Source: an uncultured Candidatus Saccharibacteria bacterium
GTDB lineage: Bacteria; Patescibacteriota; Saccharimonadia; Saccharimonadales; 2-12-FULL-41-12
Length of the DNA stretch: 64,000 nucleotides
Assembly (NCBI GenBank): GCA_964521095.1
Contig: CAZFPJ010000001.1
Coordinates: 38,974-102,973, forward strand
Reading direction: 5' to 3'
Numbering within the stretch: the first letter of the stretch is position 1; each line of letters opens with the position of its first letter. The notes beneath the pieces were generated by a model. It saw only the letters and a program-made list of their open reading frames with translations, ran no database searches and was not told the origin of the DNA. This document shows, piece after piece, positions 39,498-50,563 of this stretch. Both the position numbers and the translations under genes were made by a program.

Positions 39498-40115
39498 ATG
39501 AAAGCACTCATCACCCGAAAACTTGGTATGACAAGCACCATAGCAGAAGATGGCGCAGTAATTCCTGTTACCTTGCTTGCTGTAGACAAAAATGTAGTTA
39601 CTCAGATTAAGAACACAGAAGTTGACGGCTATAAGGCTATCCAAGTCGGAACAAACGAAAAGAAGCGCTTACTAAACAAGCCACAGCTTGGGCATCTCAA
39701 AAGTTCTAAGGCAAGTGTGACTATTGTGCGAGAATTTCGAGTAGACGAATTACCAGAACAGATGAAGGTCGGCGATGAATTATCAGCCGACCTTTTTAGT
39801 GTTGGTGATGTAGTAGATGTAACCGGCCAGAGCAAGGGTAAGGGCTGGGCAGGCACTATTAAGCGCCACAACTTTCACCGGCAACGCAAGACTCATGGTG
39901 GAAAGGGTAATACTCGTCAGCCTGGATCTATCGGTTCGATGTATCCGCAAAAGATCTTTAAGGGCAAAAAGATGGCCGGTCAGATGGGTGCAGAGCGGGT
40001 GACTGTTAAAAAGCTAAAGATAGCTCTAGTAGACACCAATAAATCGCTTATTGGTGTGCACGGCGCTATACCAGGCCCTCGCAAAGGTATTGTTCTGTTG
40101 AAGGAGGCAAAATAG
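39498..40115 (+). CDS. rplC: 50S ribosomal protein L3
   Basis: 205 aa with L3 blocks (GKGWAGTIKRHNF, GSIGS). Confidence 0.96.
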   Translation: MKALITRKLGMTSTIAEDGAVIPVTLLAVDKNVVTQIKNTEVDGYKAIQVGTNEKKRLLNKPQLGHLKSSKASVTIVREFRVDELPEQMKVGDELSADLFSVGDVVDVTGQSKGKGWAGTIKRHNFHRQRKTHGGKGNTRQPGSIGSMYPQKIFKGKKMAGQMGAERVTVKKLKIALVDTNKSLIGVHGAIPGPRKGIVLLKEAK

Positions 40116-40116
40116 T

Positions 40117-40755
40117 ATGGCAACTCCAACCTTTACCAAAACCGGAACAAAGGCAACCACTGCCGTGACTTTAGACAAAAAAGTGTTTGCCGAAAATGTG
40201 GAAAATCATGAACTATTAAAGCAGGCTTACACAGCTTATCTTGCAAACGGCCGAGAGAATTTGGCAGTTACCAAAACTCGTGGCGAAGTCCGTGGTGGTG
40301 GCAAGAAACCATGGAAGCAGAAAGGTACTGGGCGAGCACGATTTGGTAGCTCTCGCGTTCCTATTTGGCGAGGTGGTGGTATCACTTTTGGTCCAACTGG
40401 TAACGAAAATTATTCCAAGAAAGTCAACATTAAGGCCAAACGAAAGGCTATCCGCCAAGCACTCAGCCTTGCATCCAAGAGTGGGCAAATACTTGTTGTT
40501 GAGACATTTGACTGCAAAGACGGCAAGACAAAGCCAACCGTAGAATTGCTAAATAAGATTGGTGCTACCAGGCGAGTTCTTATTGTTGTTGCGCAAAATG
40601 ACGAGCTTGTGAATCGAGCTACTAGAAACTTACAAGATGTTAAGGCAGTTCAGGCTCAGTATCTTAATGTGTATGATGTTATGAATGCTGATTTTATAGT
40701 AATTAGTAAAGAATCTTTAGAGATCATATCTAACTGGTTGGGAGGCGACAAATAA
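40117..40755 (+). CDS. rplD: 50S ribosomal protein L4
   Basis: 212 aa. KPWKQKGTGRAR, in the operon position. Confidence 0.96.
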   Translation: MATPTFTKTGTKATTAVTLDKKVFAENVENHELLKQAYTAYLANGRENLAVTKTRGEVRGGGKKPWKQKGTGRARFGSSRVPIWRGGGITFGPTGNENYSKKVNIKAKRKAIRQALSLASKSGQILVVETFDCKDGKTKPTVELLNKIGATRRVLIVVAQNDELVNRATRNLQDVKAVQAQYLNVYDVMNADFIVISKESLEIISNWLGGDK

Positions 40756-41126
40756 TGTCCAAGACTATAGCCCTAAAACCACGAATGAGCGAAAAAACTT
40801 ATGCTTTGTCGCAGACAGAAAATGTATTTGTGTTTGATGTCCCAACAGACATTAACAAGGTTCAGGTCAAAGAAGCTGTTCAAGCTCAGTTTGATGTAAC
40901 CGTAGAGGATGTTCGCATACTAATAGTAAAGGGTAAGCGAAAAGCCTCTGTCCGCAAGCGGAGCCGAGGTGTTATGGGCAAGCGAGCCGATACCAAAAAG
41001 GCCTATGTCCGCCTTGTTCAAGGCGATTCTATCCCTGTTTTTGCCGCTATCGAAGAAGCCGAAGCCAAAGAAGCCAAGGCCGAAGAAAAGCTAGCTAAAA
41101 AGGCCAAGAAAGAGGAGAAAAAGTAG
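40755..41126 (+). CDS. rplW: 50S ribosomal protein L23 (Lys/Glu-rich C-terminal tail)
   Basis: L23 core (LKPRMSEKTY, FDV) plus an AEAKEAKAEEKLAKKAKKEEKK tail. Confidence 0.94.
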   Translation: MSKTIALKPRMSEKTYALSQTENVFVFDVPTDINKVQVKEAVQAQFDVTVEDVRILIVKGKRKASVRKRSRGVMGKRADTKKAYVRLVQGDSIPVFAAIEEAEAKEAKAEEKLAKKAKKEEKK

Positions 41127-41957
41127 ATGCCGATTAAAAACTACAAACCTACTACCCCTGGCCGACGAGGCATGACCAGCCAAGATTTTGACGGCATTAC
41201 TACGAAGAAGCCGGTAAAATCACTACTTAGAGTCAAAAACCGAACCAATGGTCGCAATAATCAAGGGCGGATTACCGTTCGACATCGTGGTGGTGGAGCT
41301 CGCAAGTTTTATCGTCTTATGAACTTTAAGTTTGAAGGCGAAGCAACTATTGAACATATCGAATACGACCCAAACCGAAGTGCCCGAATTGCCCGAATCA
41401 AAGACACTAATAACAAATACCACTATATTTTAGCTGCCAATGGCATGAAGGTTGGCCAGACAATCAAGACTGGCGAAGAAATCGCCATAGAAACAGGCAA
41501 CCGGTTGCAACTAAAGAATATCCCAACTGGTAGCGTTATTCATGCTGTCGAGCTACAGGTAGGTCGCGGTGCACAGTTAGGTCGGAGTGCCGGCACTAGC
41601 ATCCAACTTGTAGCAAAGGACGAGAAATATGCACAACTTCGTTTGCCAAGTGGTGAAGTTCGCTTAGTAAATGTCGAGTGTTTTGCAAGTATTGGCGTTG
41701 TTGGCAACGAACAGCACCAGAATATTAAAGTTGGTAAGGCTGGGCGATCTCGTCATAAAGGTAAACGGCCAAGTGTGCGAGGTGTTGTGATGAACGCCGT
41801 AGACCACCCACATGGTGGTGGTGATGGTGGACGACACGGTATAGGCAAAGACCCGCGAACACCTTGGGGTCAAAAGACTTTGGGATACAAGACTCGCAGT
41901 CGCAAGAGTACAAATAAGTTTATTGTAAAAAGCCGTCACGCAGGGAAGAGGAAATAG
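41127..41957 (+). CDS. rplB: 50S ribosomal protein L2
   Basis: [16 protein letters not shown] and [11 protein letters not shown]. Confidence 0.97.
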   Translation: MPIKNYKPTTPGRRGMTSQDFDGITTKKPVKSLLRVKNRTNGRNNQGRITVRHRGGGARKFYRLMNFKFEGEATIEHIEYDPNRSARIARIKDTNNKYHYILAANGMKVGQTIKTGEEIAIETGNRLQLKNIPTGSVIHAVELQVGRGAQLGRSAGTSIQLVAKDEKYAQLRLPSGEVRLVNVECFASIGVVGNEQHQNIKVGKAGRSRHKGKRPSVRGVVMNAVDHPHGGGDGGRHGIGKDPRTPWGQKTLGYKTRSRKSTNKFIVKSRHAGKRK

Positions 41958-41959
41958 TT

Positions 41960-42235
41960 ATGAGTAGAAGTCTTAAAAAAGGACCATTTATAGACCCTAA
42001 GCTAGCCAAGAAGGTTAACGCTCTTGGCAAAGATGATCGCACGATTATAAAGACTTGGGCTCGTGCATGTGCTATTCCGCCAGAATTCGTAGGTCGCACA
42101 ATAGCCGTTCATAACGGACGGGTGCATGTTCCAGTATTTATTACCGAAAACATGGTCGGCCATAAGCTTGGCGAATTTTCTCCAACTCGTAAATTCCGAA
42201 GTCACGGTGGTAAGCTTGCGAAAGGTAAGAAATAA
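41960..42235 (+). CDS. rpsS: 30S ribosomal protein S19
   Basis: SRSLKKGPF...GHKLGEF. Confidence 0.97.
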   Translation: MSRSLKKGPFIDPKLAKKVNALGKDDRTIIKTWARACAIPPEFVGRTIAVHNGRVHVPVFITENMVGHKLGEFSPTRKFRSHGGKLAKGKK

Positions 42236-42648
42236 TGAGCGATACCGTAAAAGCTAGTGCCAAAAATGTTCGGATGAGCCCACGAAAAGTTGCTGTGGTA
42301 GCGTCTCTTGTGCGTGGGCGGACTGTTGCCGAAGCAGTAACTATCTTGTCTCACACTCCACGACGCTCTGCTACCCCTGTGCGCAAAGTGGTAGAAAGCG
42401 CAAAAGCAAATGCCGAAAATAATCACGGATACAAAGCTGACTCGCTAGTTATAACGCATATTAGTGTTACACCGGGCATTCGTTTAAAGCGATACCGTCC
42501 CGCTGCACATGGTCGGGCATTGCCGTTTGAGCGCAAGAGTTCGCATATTTTTGTAGAAGTTTCTGGCGAAAAGCGAGCAACCAAGAAACCAGCCGACAAG
42601 CCAGAAGCAACAAAGACCGAAGCTAAGCCAAAGAAGGAGAGCAAATAA
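42235..42648 (+). CDS. rplV: 50S ribosomal protein L22
   Basis: 137 aa. VRMSPRKV...RAKG-like core, in the operon position. Confidence 0.95.
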   Translation: MSDTVKASAKNVRMSPRKVAVVASLVRGRTVAEAVTILSHTPRRSATPVRKVVESAKANAENNHGYKADSLVITHISVTPGIRLKRYRPAAHGRALPFERKSSHIFVEVSGEKRATKKPADKPEATKTEAKPKKESK

Positions 42649-43277
42649 TGGGTCAAAAAGTAAATCCAATTAGCATGCGACTCCAGGTCAATAAAAATTG
42701 GCGAAGTAAATGGTTTGCTAACAAACGAGAATACGCAAACTACTTGACTAAAGATCTTGAAGTCCGACGAATGATCAGCACCAGCCTCGGTAGCCGTGCG
42801 GCTATTAACAAGGTAGACATAGAGCGGTCACCAAACTTGGTCACAGTAACTATTACTACCGCAAAAGCCGGTGTTGTAATCGGCCGTGGTGGTTCTGGAG
42901 CTCAAGAGCTAAAAACTAAGATCGAAAAGATCTATGGTGTACCAGTTCGAGTTAATATCGAAGAGATTAAGAAACCAGAGATGTACGCCAAGTTGGTAGC
43001 CGAAAATATTGCACATCAATTAGAGCGAAGAATGTCATTTCGCCGTGCTATCAAGCAAGCATCTGCCGCTACTATGCGGGCCGGTGCTCAGGGTATTCGT
43101 ATTGAGGTATCTGGTCGACTTAATGGCGCAGAGATGAGCCGTCGCGAAAAAGAGGTTGCTGGATCTGTGCCTTTGCACACACTTCGTGCCGACATTGATT
43201 ATGCTGGTGTTCCTGCCAAGACTGTTGCTGGCATCATTGGCGTTAAGGTTTGGATCTACAAAGGAGAGTCGTCGTAA
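42648..43277 (+). CDS. rpsC: 30S ribosomal protein S3
   Basis: [12 protein letters not shown] with a KH domain (GVVIGRGG). Confidence 0.97.
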   Translation: MGQKVNPISMRLQVNKNWRSKWFANKREYANYLTKDLEVRRMISTSLGSRAAINKVDIERSPNLVTVTITTAKAGVVIGRGGSGAQELKTKIEKIYGVPVRVNIEEIKKPEMYAKLVAENIAHQLERRMSFRRAIKQASAATMRAGAQGIRIEVSGRLNGAEMSRREKEVAGSVPLHTLRADIDYAGVPAKTVAGIIGVKVWIYKGESS

Positions 43278-43693
43278 TGTTGGTACCAAAAAAGACTAAA
43301 TTCCGACGAGTCATGAAGGGGCGAATTACCGGCCCCGCAACTAGTGGTAATACTATCGCTTTTGGCCAGTACGCACTTCAGTCAATGGGTAACGAGAGAA
43401 TCACTAGCCGTCAAATTGAGGCTGCTCGTCAGGCAATGACCCGATATATTAAACGAGGTGGTAAGATCTGGATTCGTATTTTTCCTCATATTCCAGTCAC
43501 CAAAAAACCCGTGGGTCTAAAGATGGGTGGAGGCAAAGGCGCTCCAGAGTATTTCGTTGCCAAAGTCCGAAAGGGCACTATTTTGTTTGAAATGCAGGGT
43601 GTTAGCGAAGAAGTAGCGCGTGAGGCAATGCGACTCGCTGCACATAAACTACCAGTAAAAACTAGGTTCATCACCAGCGAGGACTCATTATGA
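43277..43693 (+). CDS. rplP: 50S ribosomal protein L16
   Basis: [11 protein letters not shown]. The ATG at 43277 overlaps the rpsC stop; the track ORF at 43250 is an upstream extension. Confidence 0.96.
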   Translation: MLVPKKTKFRRVMKGRITGPATSGNTIAFGQYALQSMGNERITSRQIEAARQAMTRYIKRGGKIWIRIFPHIPVTKKPVGLKMGGGKGAPEYFVAKVRKGTILFEMQGVSEEVAREAMRLAAHKLPVKTRFITSEDSL

Positions 43694-43890
43694 AGGTAGT
43701 AGAAATTAGAAAAATGAAGACAGAAGAGCTGATCAAGAATGCAACAGAGTTGCGCGAAGAATTGGCCGAGTTAAAGAGGCGGTTGCGTATGGGCGAGACC
43801 ACCAATGTCAGAACTATTCGTAACAAACGCAAGGATCTTGCTCGAGTTTTGACAGTAATGAGCGAACAGCTCACTAAGGAGAATCTATAG
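43690..43890 (+). CDS. rpmC: 50S ribosomal protein L29
   Basis: 66 aa. [16 protein letters not shown], in the operon position. Confidence 0.93.
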   Translation: MKVVEIRKMKTEELIKNATELREELAELKRRLRMGETTNVRTIRNKRKDLARVLTVMSEQLTKENL

Positions 43891-44178
43891 ATGGCCAAGA
43901 CACTAACTGGACGAGTAAGTAGTAACGCTACCAATAAGACTATTGTTATTACTACGCAAACCCGAAAAACTCACCCGCTTTACAAAAAGCAGTACACTGT
44001 GACCAATAAGTTTATTGCTCATGACGAGAATAACGAGTGCAATATTGGTGATCTTGTGTCTATTGTAGAGACTAGACCACTTTCTGCTAGAAAGCGTTAC
44101 AAGCTAGAGAGCATTATCGAGCGAGCGACCTTAACCCAAGAAGACCGAGCAGTCATGGACAAGGAAGAGGCAAGCTAA
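43891..44178 (+). CDS. rpsQ: 30S ribosomal protein S17
   Basis: 95 aa. [16 protein letters not shown]...[11 protein letters not shown]. Confidence 0.95.
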   Translation: MAKTLTGRVSSNATNKTIVITTQTRKTHPLYKKQYTVTNKFIAHDENNECNIGDLVSIVETRPLSARKRYKLESIIERATLTQEDRAVMDKEEAS

Positions 44179-44546
44179 TGATCCAGCAAGAATCTCGTTT
44201 AAATATTTGCGACAACAGTGGCGCCAAAGAGATACTGTGTATTCGTGTGCTTGGCGGTACTCGTCGTCGGTACGCCCGTGTTGGCGACATCATTGTTGCT
44301 ACTGTTAAAGAGGCTAACCCGAGTGGTAATGTCAAAAAGAAAACAGTCATCCGCGCAGTAGTTGTTAGGACAAAGAACACTATCCATCGCAAAGACGGTT
44401 CGTCTATTCGTTTTGACGATAACGCTGCAGTCGTTATTGGTGACGATAAGCAACCCAAGGCGACTCGTATTTTTGGGCCAGTACCCCGAGAACTTCGAGA
44501 CATGGGATACTCTAAGATAATCAGCCTTGCACCGGAGGTACTATAA
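44178..44546 (+). CDS. rplN: 50S ribosomal protein L14
   Basis: [17 protein letters not shown]. Confidence 0.97.
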   Translation: MIQQESRLNICDNSGAKEILCIRVLGGTRRRYARVGDIIVATVKEANPSGNVKKKTVIRAVVVRTKNTIHRKDGSSIRFDDNAAVVIGDDKQPKATRIFGPVPRELRDMGYSKIISLAPEVL

Positions 44547-44887
44547 TGAGCGTAAAACAACCAACTGTCTACAAAATTCGCCTTAAAAAGGGAGATAATG
44601 TAATTGTGCTCTCTGGTAAATACAAAGGCCAGACCGGAGTTATCGAGGCTACTCATCCCAAAGAAAACAAGGTAACTATAACTGGTATCAACATCGTCAA
44701 AAAAGCTGTAAAACCAAATCGTTTACACCCACAAGGTGCAATTGTAGAGATTACCAAACCAATGTGGGTTAGCAAAGTAGCGTTAGTAGAGCCGGCTAGC
44801 AAAAAACCATCAAAAGTAGGTTACAAATTAGATAAAGACGGCAAAAAAGTTCGTATTTATAAGCGAACTGGAAAGGAAGTAAAATAA
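44546..44887 (+). CDS. rplX: 50S ribosomal protein L24
   Basis: KOW motif (KKGDNVIVLSGKYKG). Confidence 0.95.
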   Translation: MSVKQPTVYKIRLKKGDNVIVLSGKYKGQTGVIEATHPKENKVTITGINIVKKAVKPNRLHPQGAIVEITKPMWVSKVALVEPASKKPSKVGYKLDKDGKKVRIYKRTGKEVK

Positions 44888-45468
44888 TGGCTACAAAAGA
44901 AAAACAGCAAGTCACTACGGCACTTCCTCGACTAAAAAAATTGTATAACGACCAAGCCAAAGACCTTCAAAAAGAGCTTAGTTTAGGCAATATCAACCAA
45001 ATACCAGCCCTCGAAAAGATTGTCATAAATGTTGGTTTGGGTCGATCCAAAGACGACAAAAAAGTCTTTGAGGTTGCCACTAATACACTAACGAAAGTTA
45101 CAGGCCAAAAACCAATCAACACATTTGCGCGGATGAGCATTGCGTCTTTCAAGCTCCGCGAAGGTAACAAGGTCGGCATGAAGGTAACCCTTCGTGGCGA
45201 TCGTATGTACGAATTTTTGGACAGGCTAATAAACATTGTGTTGCCAAGGCTTCGTGACTTCCATGGTGTCAGCGCTAAGGCTTTTGACAAGCAAGGTAAC
45301 TACAGTATTGGGCTTAGCGAGCAGTCTATCTTTCCAGAGCTTAGCTTTGAAGAAACTACAACTCCACACGGCATGCAGATTGTCGTAGTAACATCTACTA
45401 ATAACCCAGAACACTCCCGAGCACTTCTAGAGAAGTTCGGTATGCCGTTCGAAAAGGAGAAGAAATAA
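44887..45468 (+). CDS. rplE: 50S ribosomal protein L5
   Basis: 193 aa with L5 blocks ([22 protein letters not shown]). Confidence 0.96.
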   Translation: MATKEKQQVTTALPRLKKLYNDQAKDLQKELSLGNINQIPALEKIVINVGLGRSKDDKKVFEVATNTLTKVTGQKPINTFARMSIASFKLREGNKVGMKVTLRGDRMYEFLDRLINIVLPRLRDFHGVSAKAFDKQGNYSIGLSEQSIFPELSFEETTTPHGMQIVVVTSTNNPEHSRALLEKFGMPFEKEKK

Positions 45469-45469
45469 T

Positions 45470-45739
45470 ATGGCCAAAAAATCTATAGTTGCCCGAGACG
45501 CAAAGAGAAAAAAGATGATTGAACAGTATGCTACCAAGCGAGCAGAGCTTAAGGCTGCCGGAGATGTAGAGGGCTTGCATTTATTGCCCCGCAACTCTTC
45601 GCCTACAAGATATAAAAATCGCTGTAGCGAAACTGGTAGACCGCACGCTTATATGCGTATGTTTGGACTTAGCAGAATTAGCTTCCGCGAGCACGCATCG
45701 AAAGGCGAAATTCCGGGCGTAACAAAGGCAAGCTGGTAA
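45470..45739 (+). CDS. rpsN: 30S ribosomal protein S14 (long, Cys-free form)
   Basis: 89 aa with a [13 protein letters not shown]-like core. No CxxC pairs. Confidence 0.94.
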   Translation: MAKKSIVARDAKRKKMIEQYATKRAELKAAGDVEGLHLLPRNSSPTRYKNRCSETGRPHAYMRMFGLSRISFREHASKGEIPGVTKASW

Positions 45740-45748
45740 GGAGAATAT

Positions 45749-46144
45749 ATGGTATCTACAGACCCAATTTCAGACATGTTAACAAGAATCCGTAACGCGA
45801 TAGCCGTTGCCAAAACAGAGATTAGCATGCCACATTCTAAAATCAAACAACAGGTAGCAGAACTTCTAAAGACATCTGGCTTTATTGATGGCGTAAAGGC
45901 CGAAGGCAAGGGCATAGAAAAGAAACTACTAATTACCATCAACAGCGAGTCGTCAAACGCTCGTATCACAGAGATCACTAGGCTAAGTCGTCCTGGTCGT
46001 CGCTGGTATGTCGGCGCAGATGACATACCAACAGTTAAGCGAGGCCGAGGAATTGTTATTTTGTCTACCTCTAGAGGTCTTATGACAGGCAGAGAAGCTA
46101 AAAAGCAAAAAGTTGGTGGCGAACTAATTTGTCAGGTTTACTAA
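45749..46144 (+). CDS. rpsH: 30S ribosomal protein S8
   Basis: DPISDMLTRIRNA. Confidence 0.96.
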   Translation: MVSTDPISDMLTRIRNAIAVAKTEISMPHSKIKQQVAELLKTSGFIDGVKAEGKGIEKKLLITINSESSNARITEITRLSRPGRRWYVGADDIPTVKRGRGIVILSTSRGLMTGREAKKQKVGGELICQVY

Positions 46145-46169
46145 TAGGTTAATTTAAAAAGGAAATAAG

Positions 46170-46709
46170 ATGAGTCGTATAGGAAAACTACCGGTCAAAA
46201 TCCCATCTGGTGTGACAATCACTGTCGACAATGACAATATTACTGTCAATGGAGCAAAAGGTTCACTCACCCAATTTACGATGCCGGGCATCAATGTCAA
46301 GCAAGAGGGTGACGAGATTGTCGTAACCAGAATTAATGACGAGCCAAAAAACAGAGCCAAGCATGGACTAATGCGGTCATTACTGCAAAACATGGTTACT
46401 GGCGTTTGCCAAGGGTTCGAGAAAAAACTCGAAGTAAACGGCGTTGGTTTTAAAATTGCTCAAGCTGGGTCCGACCTAAAAATGAGCCTTGGTTACTCTC
46501 ACGAAGTTGTTTACAAAGTACCCCAGGGTATTACTACCACAGTTGCCCAAAACACAATCACTGTTTCTGGCATCAGTAAACAGCAGGTTGGACAGGTCTC
46601 AGCAGAGATCAGGGCACTACGAAAACCAGAGCCTTACAAGGGCAAGGGTATCAAATATGTAGACGAACGAATTCTTCGGAAGAGCGGTAAGTCAGGGAAG
46701 GATAAATAG
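46170..46709 (+). CDS. rplF: 50S ribosomal protein L6
   Basis: MSRIGKLPVKIPSGV. Confidence 0.96.
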   Translation: MSRIGKLPVKIPSGVTITVDNDNITVNGAKGSLTQFTMPGINVKQEGDEIVVTRINDEPKNRAKHGLMRSLLQNMVTGVCQGFEKKLEVNGVGFKIAQAGSDLKMSLGYSHEVVYKVPQGITTTVAQNTITVSGISKQQVGQVSAEIRALRKPEPYKGKGIKYVDERILRKSGKSGKDK

Positions 46710-46711
46710 AC

Positions 46712-47065
46712 ATGAATAGACTAGATTCTAAGCGAAAAAATACCGAACGCCGAGCACACAGAGTGCGAACTATGGTGCGTGGAACTACTGACCGCCCTAG
46801 GCTTAGCGTTAATATTAGCAACAGGCATGTATCGGCGCAGATCATTGATGATCAGGCTGGCAAAACCTTAGTCTCCGCTACAACCGTTAAAGGTAAGCAA
46901 ACTGGCACTTTGACCGACCAAGCCAAGCTAATCGGTGCAGATATTGGCAAAAAGGCCAAGGCCAAAAAGATCAAGACAGTAGTCTTAGACAGAGGTAGTA
47001 AGCTTTATCACGGACGAGTAAAAGCCTTAGCAGAGGCTGCTCGCCAGGAAGGACTGGAGTTTTAG
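46712..47065 (+). CDS. rplR: 50S ribosomal protein L18
   Basis: 117 aa. [19 protein letters not shown]...[19 protein letters not shown]. Confidence 0.95.
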   Translation: MNRLDSKRKNTERRAHRVRTMVRGTTDRPRLSVNISNRHVSAQIIDDQAGKTLVSATTVKGKQTGTLTDQAKLIGADIGKKAKAKKIKTVVLDRGSKLYHGRVKALAEAARQEGLEF

Positions 47066-47069
47066 CATT

Positions 47070-47609
47070 ATGGACAGAAACCCAAGAGGACCAAGAAACC
47101 CAAGAGGGCAAGTCAAGGAAGAGAAGCAGTTCGAAGAGCGAGTGCTCAATATTGACCGAGTTGCTCGAGTAGTTAAGGGTGGACGACGATTCCGATTTCG
47201 TGCGCTTGTAGTTGTTGGCGACCAAAAAGGCCGAGTTGGCGTAGGTAGCTCCAAGGGAGCCGATGTAACAACTGCCGTATCAAAGGCGGTCGAAGTAGCA
47301 AAAAAGAACCTGCTAGACCTAAAGCTATACAAAGAAACCTTACCTCACGAAACGCAAGCCAAGGTTGGTGGCGCAGACATCTTGATCATGCCTGCTAGCG
47401 CTGGTACCGGGCTAATTGCCGGTGGTGTAGTGCGAACAATCTTAGAAGTTGGCGGAGTTGGTAACGCGCTTTCAAAGTCGCTAGGCTCTTCTAACAAGAC
47501 TAACATTGCCTATGCAACTATCGAAGCTCTTAGTAAGCTAGAATCTGCTGATAATTGGGTAACTTCTAAGTCCAAAGTAGCACCCAAGAAGGCCAAGGTA
47601 AGTAAATAA
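47070..47609 (+). CDS. rpsE: 30S ribosomal protein S5
   Basis: [22 protein letters not shown]. Confidence 0.96.
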   Translation: MDRNPRGPRNPRGQVKEEKQFEERVLNIDRVARVVKGGRRFRFRALVVVGDQKGRVGVGSSKGADVTTAVSKAVEVAKKNLLDLKLYKETLPHETQAKVGGADILIMPASAGTGLIAGGVVRTILEVGGVGNALSKSLGSSNKTNIAYATIEALSKLESADNWVTSKSKVAPKKAKVSK

Positions 47610-47610
47610 T

Positions 47611-48084
47611 ATGAAATTTAATGAACTAACAATCAAAAGTAGCAAAAAGCCAACTCGAGTTGGTCGTGGTATATCTGCTGGTAAAGGTAAAACTGCTGGA
47701 CGAGGTACAAAAGGACAGGGTGCCCGAAAAAGTGGTGGTGTTCGTCCAGGATTTGAAGGTGGTCAGATGCCACTTTACATGCGAATACCAAAACTTCGTG
47801 GTTTTACTTCGCATAGGCGTCCTGCTGTCAATATTTTTACCGACGAGCTAGACGGCCTCGGCAAAAGCTCTATTGATCCACATGTTTTGGCAGAACAAGG
47901 CCTCATAGAGAGCCCATACATCAAGGTAAAACTACTAGGCCGTGGTGAAGTATCTAAAAAACTGACCATCAAACTAACTTCGGCTAGCGCAGGAGCAATC
48001 AAGTTGGTAGAAAAAGCTGGTGGCTCGTTTGAATCAATTGACCAGATAAAACGACCTTCTAAGAAGGCGAAAACTACAAAGTAA
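47611..48084 (+). CDS. rplO: 50S ribosomal protein L15
   Basis: GRGISAGKGKTAGRGTKGQ. It starts 1 nt after the rpsE stop, leaving no room for rpmD. Confidence 0.95.
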   Translation: MKFNELTIKSSKKPTRVGRGISAGKGKTAGRGTKGQGARKSGGVRPGFEGGQMPLYMRIPKLRGFTSHRRPAVNIFTDELDGLGKSSIDPHVLAEQGLIESPYIKVKLLGRGEVSKKLTIKLTSASAGAIKLVEKAGGSFESIDQIKRPSKKAKTTK

Positions 48085-48180
48085 GTTGTAAAAAACGCAA
48101 ATATCGTTAGAAAAATATCTTCTAACGGCAACAATAGGGTAAAATGTAACAATGATTAGTTGGGGCGGTTTACAAAAAAC

Positions 48181-49668
48181 ATGAATTGGAAAATTATTCT
48201 CAAGTCTCTCAAAGACAAAGATATGCAAAAGCGTCTCTTTGCTGTTGTTGGTATTATCGTTGTTTTCCGGTTCATGGCACATATTCCCATACCGCTTGGA
48301 GACCCTCAGACCTTACGACAGGTGCTAGAAAGCCTGTTTACTTCATCCGACAGTTCGCAGTTTTTAAGCTTTGTTAATGTTTTGTCTGGTGGCGCTTTGG
48401 CTAACTTTTCTATTATGTTGGTTGGTTTAGGCCCATACATCAACGCCAGCATTATCATGCAACTGCTAACCAAGGCTATACCAAAGCTAGAAACTCTTAA
48501 CAAAGAGGGCGAATTTGGTCGTAAAAAGATAAACCAGATGACCCGTATGCTAACTTTCCCGCTAGCCATCATCCAGTCTGTCGGTGCGCTATATCTAGTA
48601 AAACAATCTGCATCACAGGTTTCTGGCTTGGGCGATATTACTGCTAATAGTTCCTTGCTCCAATGGGTTTTGATGGTGTCGGCAATGACAGGTGGAGCCA
48701 TGATGCTCATGTGGCTTGGCGAGCTAATTACCGAGCAAAATATTGGTAATGGTATATCCTTGCTTATTACAGTTGGTATTATCGCTAGCTTACCTCAGAC
48801 CATAACTGGGCTTGTTAGTACCGTTTTTGACAACACCAAGTGGCAGATCCTTGGCATAACCTTGCCTGTTAGTCAGAAGACGGTGATCTACTTATTCTTT
48901 ATATTCCTGGCAATATTACTGGTAACTGTCTTTGTCGTAAAACTCAACGAAGCCTCCAGAAAGCTGGTGGTTAATTATGCCAAGCGAGTTCAGGGCAATC
49001 GTACTTATGGTGGCGTTACGACTGTCTTGCCTGTCAAACTCATTACTGCTGGCGTTATACCAATCATTTTTGCAGTTGCGTTCCTTAGTGTGCCAAGTTT
49101 TGCCGGGCAGATTATGTCCAGTAGCAGTAACCCCAAATTCCAAGAGTTAGGGGTTAACCTGTCTACATGGTTCCAGACTCCTAGTGCTCAAACTTTCCAG
49201 GCGGGCGGTTGGCATCCGTACATTTACCCAGTTACTTACTTTGTTCTGGTATTCTTGTTTACCTTTTTCTACACCAGTATTGCTTTTAATGCCAAAGATA
49301 TCGCAGAGAACTTACAAAAACAAGGTGGTTTTATTGCAGATATCCGTTCTGGCACCGAGACAGAAAAATACCTTACAAAAGTTGTTAACAGGCTAACTCT
49401 TTTTGGGGCACTAGCACTTGGAGCATTAGCGGTGGTGCCAATTGGCGCCGAGATATTCCTGGGCAACAACCTTGCTATAGGAGGTACTAGTATATTGATT
49501 TTGGTAGCTGTATCGCTCGAAACACTCCGAAAGATAGAATCGCGGGCTCTAATGATAACTTACAACCAATACGATGGTTCGGATTTCTTCCAGATGCCCG
49601 ATGAGGACGAGAAAAATGCTGGTCGGTTCAATCGCTTAAAGAAACCGTTTAGGCGGTCTGCAAAATAA
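48181..49668 (+). CDS. secY: preprotein translocase subunit SecY
   Basis: ~495 aa with 10 TM segments and SecY blocks (GLGPYINASIIMQLL, GELITE). The ATG at 48181 is preferred over the TTG at 48160. Confidence 0.95.
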   Translation: MNWKIILKSLKDKDMQKRLFAVVGIIVVFRFMAHIPIPLGDPQTLRQVLESLFTSSDSSQFLSFVNVLSGGALANFSIMLVGLGPYINASIIMQLLTKAIPKLETLNKEGEFGRKKINQMTRMLTFPLAIIQSVGALYLVKQSASQVSGLGDITANSSLLQWVLMVSAMTGGAMMLMWLGELITEQNIGNGISLLITVGIIASLPQTITGLVSTVFDNTKWQILGITLPVSQKTVIYLFFIFLAILLVTVFVVKLNEASRKLVVNYAKRVQGNRTYGGVTTVLPVKLITAGVIPIIFAVAFLSVPSFAGQIMSSSSNPKFQELGVNLSTWFQTPSAQTFQAGGWHPYIYPVTYFVLVFLFTFFYTSIAFNAKDIAENLQKQGGFIADIRSGTETEKYLTKVVNRLTLFGALALGALAVVPIGAEIFLGNNLAIGGTSILILVAVSLETLRKIESRALMITYNQYDGSDFFQMPDEDEKNAGRFNRLKKPFRRSAK

Positions 49669-49684
49669 TCTTTAGCTACAGGGG

Positions 49685-49713
49685 TTTACAACCTCGGTGG
49701 CTTTTGATATAAT
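49685..49713 (+). promoter_or_regulatory. putative infA promoter
   Basis: TTTACA-17-TATAAT, 17 nt upstream of the infA ATG. Confidence 0.5.
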
Positions 49714-49730
49714 TCCTTGCAGTTATATTT

Positions 49731-49952
49731 ATGGCAAAGAATAAGGAAGTAATCGAACTTTCAGGAACAATTATTGAGACGCTTCCGGGAACCCAGTTCC
49801 GGGTAGAGCTCCAAAATGGCCATCAAATCATAGCCCATGTCGCCGGTAAAATGCGAAAACATTATATTCGTATCGTTCCCGGAGACAGCGTTACGGTCGA
49901 GTTGACCCCTTATGATCTTACAAAGGGCAGAATCACCTACCGCAAATCATAA
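49731..49952 (+). CDS. infA: translation initiation factor IF-1
   Basis: 73 aa S1-like domain. [32 protein letters not shown]. Confidence 0.97.
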   Translation: MAKNKEVIELSGTIIETLPGTQFRVELQNGHQIIAHVAGKMRKHYIRIVPGDSVTVELTPYDLTKGRITYRKS

Positions 49953-50052
49953 CAATATTAAGCAGTGAGTCATGTTTTGCTAAAAAGCATGATCCGTATG
50001 ACTCTCGCTTCAAGTGTAGCGAGACCCCAAAGAAGAAAGGAATTCTAACGGG

Positions 50053-50169
50053 ATGAAAGTACGTGCAAGCGTCAAGAAAATCAGTCCAGACGACAAGATA
50101 GTCCGCCGTAAGGGTCGGCTTTATGTTATTAATAAATTTAAACCTAAGCACAAGCAGAGGCAGGGATAG
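50053..50169 (+). CDS. rpmJ: 50S ribosomal protein L36 (Cys-free form)
   Basis: Read by hand: [38 protein letters not shown], 38 aa, below the ORF-track cutoff. Confidence 0.9.
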   Translation: MKVRASVKKISPDDKIVRRKGRLYVINKFKPKHKQRQG

Positions 50170-50172
50170 TAT

Positions 50173-50559
50173 ATGGCTCGAATTTCTGGTGTAACCATAC
50201 CCGCCGATAAGCAAGTACAGATTGCGCTAACTTATATCTATGGTATAGGTCCGCATTTTTCAAAACTTATCCTAGAAAAAGCAAAAGTAGATCCAACTGT
50301 TCGGGTTAAAAACCTAACAGATGCAGAAGTTGGTCGTATTTCCGAGATTATTGCCGACGACTATACGGTAGAAGGTGAGCTACAACGGCTAGTAACAGGT
50401 AACATTAAACGGCTCAAGGATATTGGTGCTTATCGTGGCCTTAGACACAAGAATAATCTTCCAAGTCGAGGACAGCGTACCAAAACCAACGCTAGAACTC
50501 GCCGAGGCAAGAAAACAACCGTTGGCGGAACTGCTAAGAAGGTAGCAGCAAAGACTTAG
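50173..50559 (+). CDS. rpsM: 30S ribosomal protein S13
   Basis: MARISGVTIP...YRGLRHKNNLPSRGQRTKTNART. Confidence 0.97.
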   Translation: MARISGVTIPADKQVQIALTYIYGIGPHFSKLILEKAKVDPTVRVKNLTDAEVGRISEIIADDYTVEGELQRLVTGNIKRLKDIGAYRGLRHKNNLPSRGQRTKTNARTRRGKKTTVGGTAKKVAAKT

Positions 50560-50563
50560 TATT

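Noticed and set aside
44153-44656. 167-aa minus-strand ORF across rplN/rplX
   Set aside because: It is antisense to two unmistakable ribosomal protein genes.
49669-49730. Absence of adk/map interpreted as gene loss
   Set aside because: Only their absence from the cluster can be seen in this window. The genes may be encoded elsewhere in the genome.
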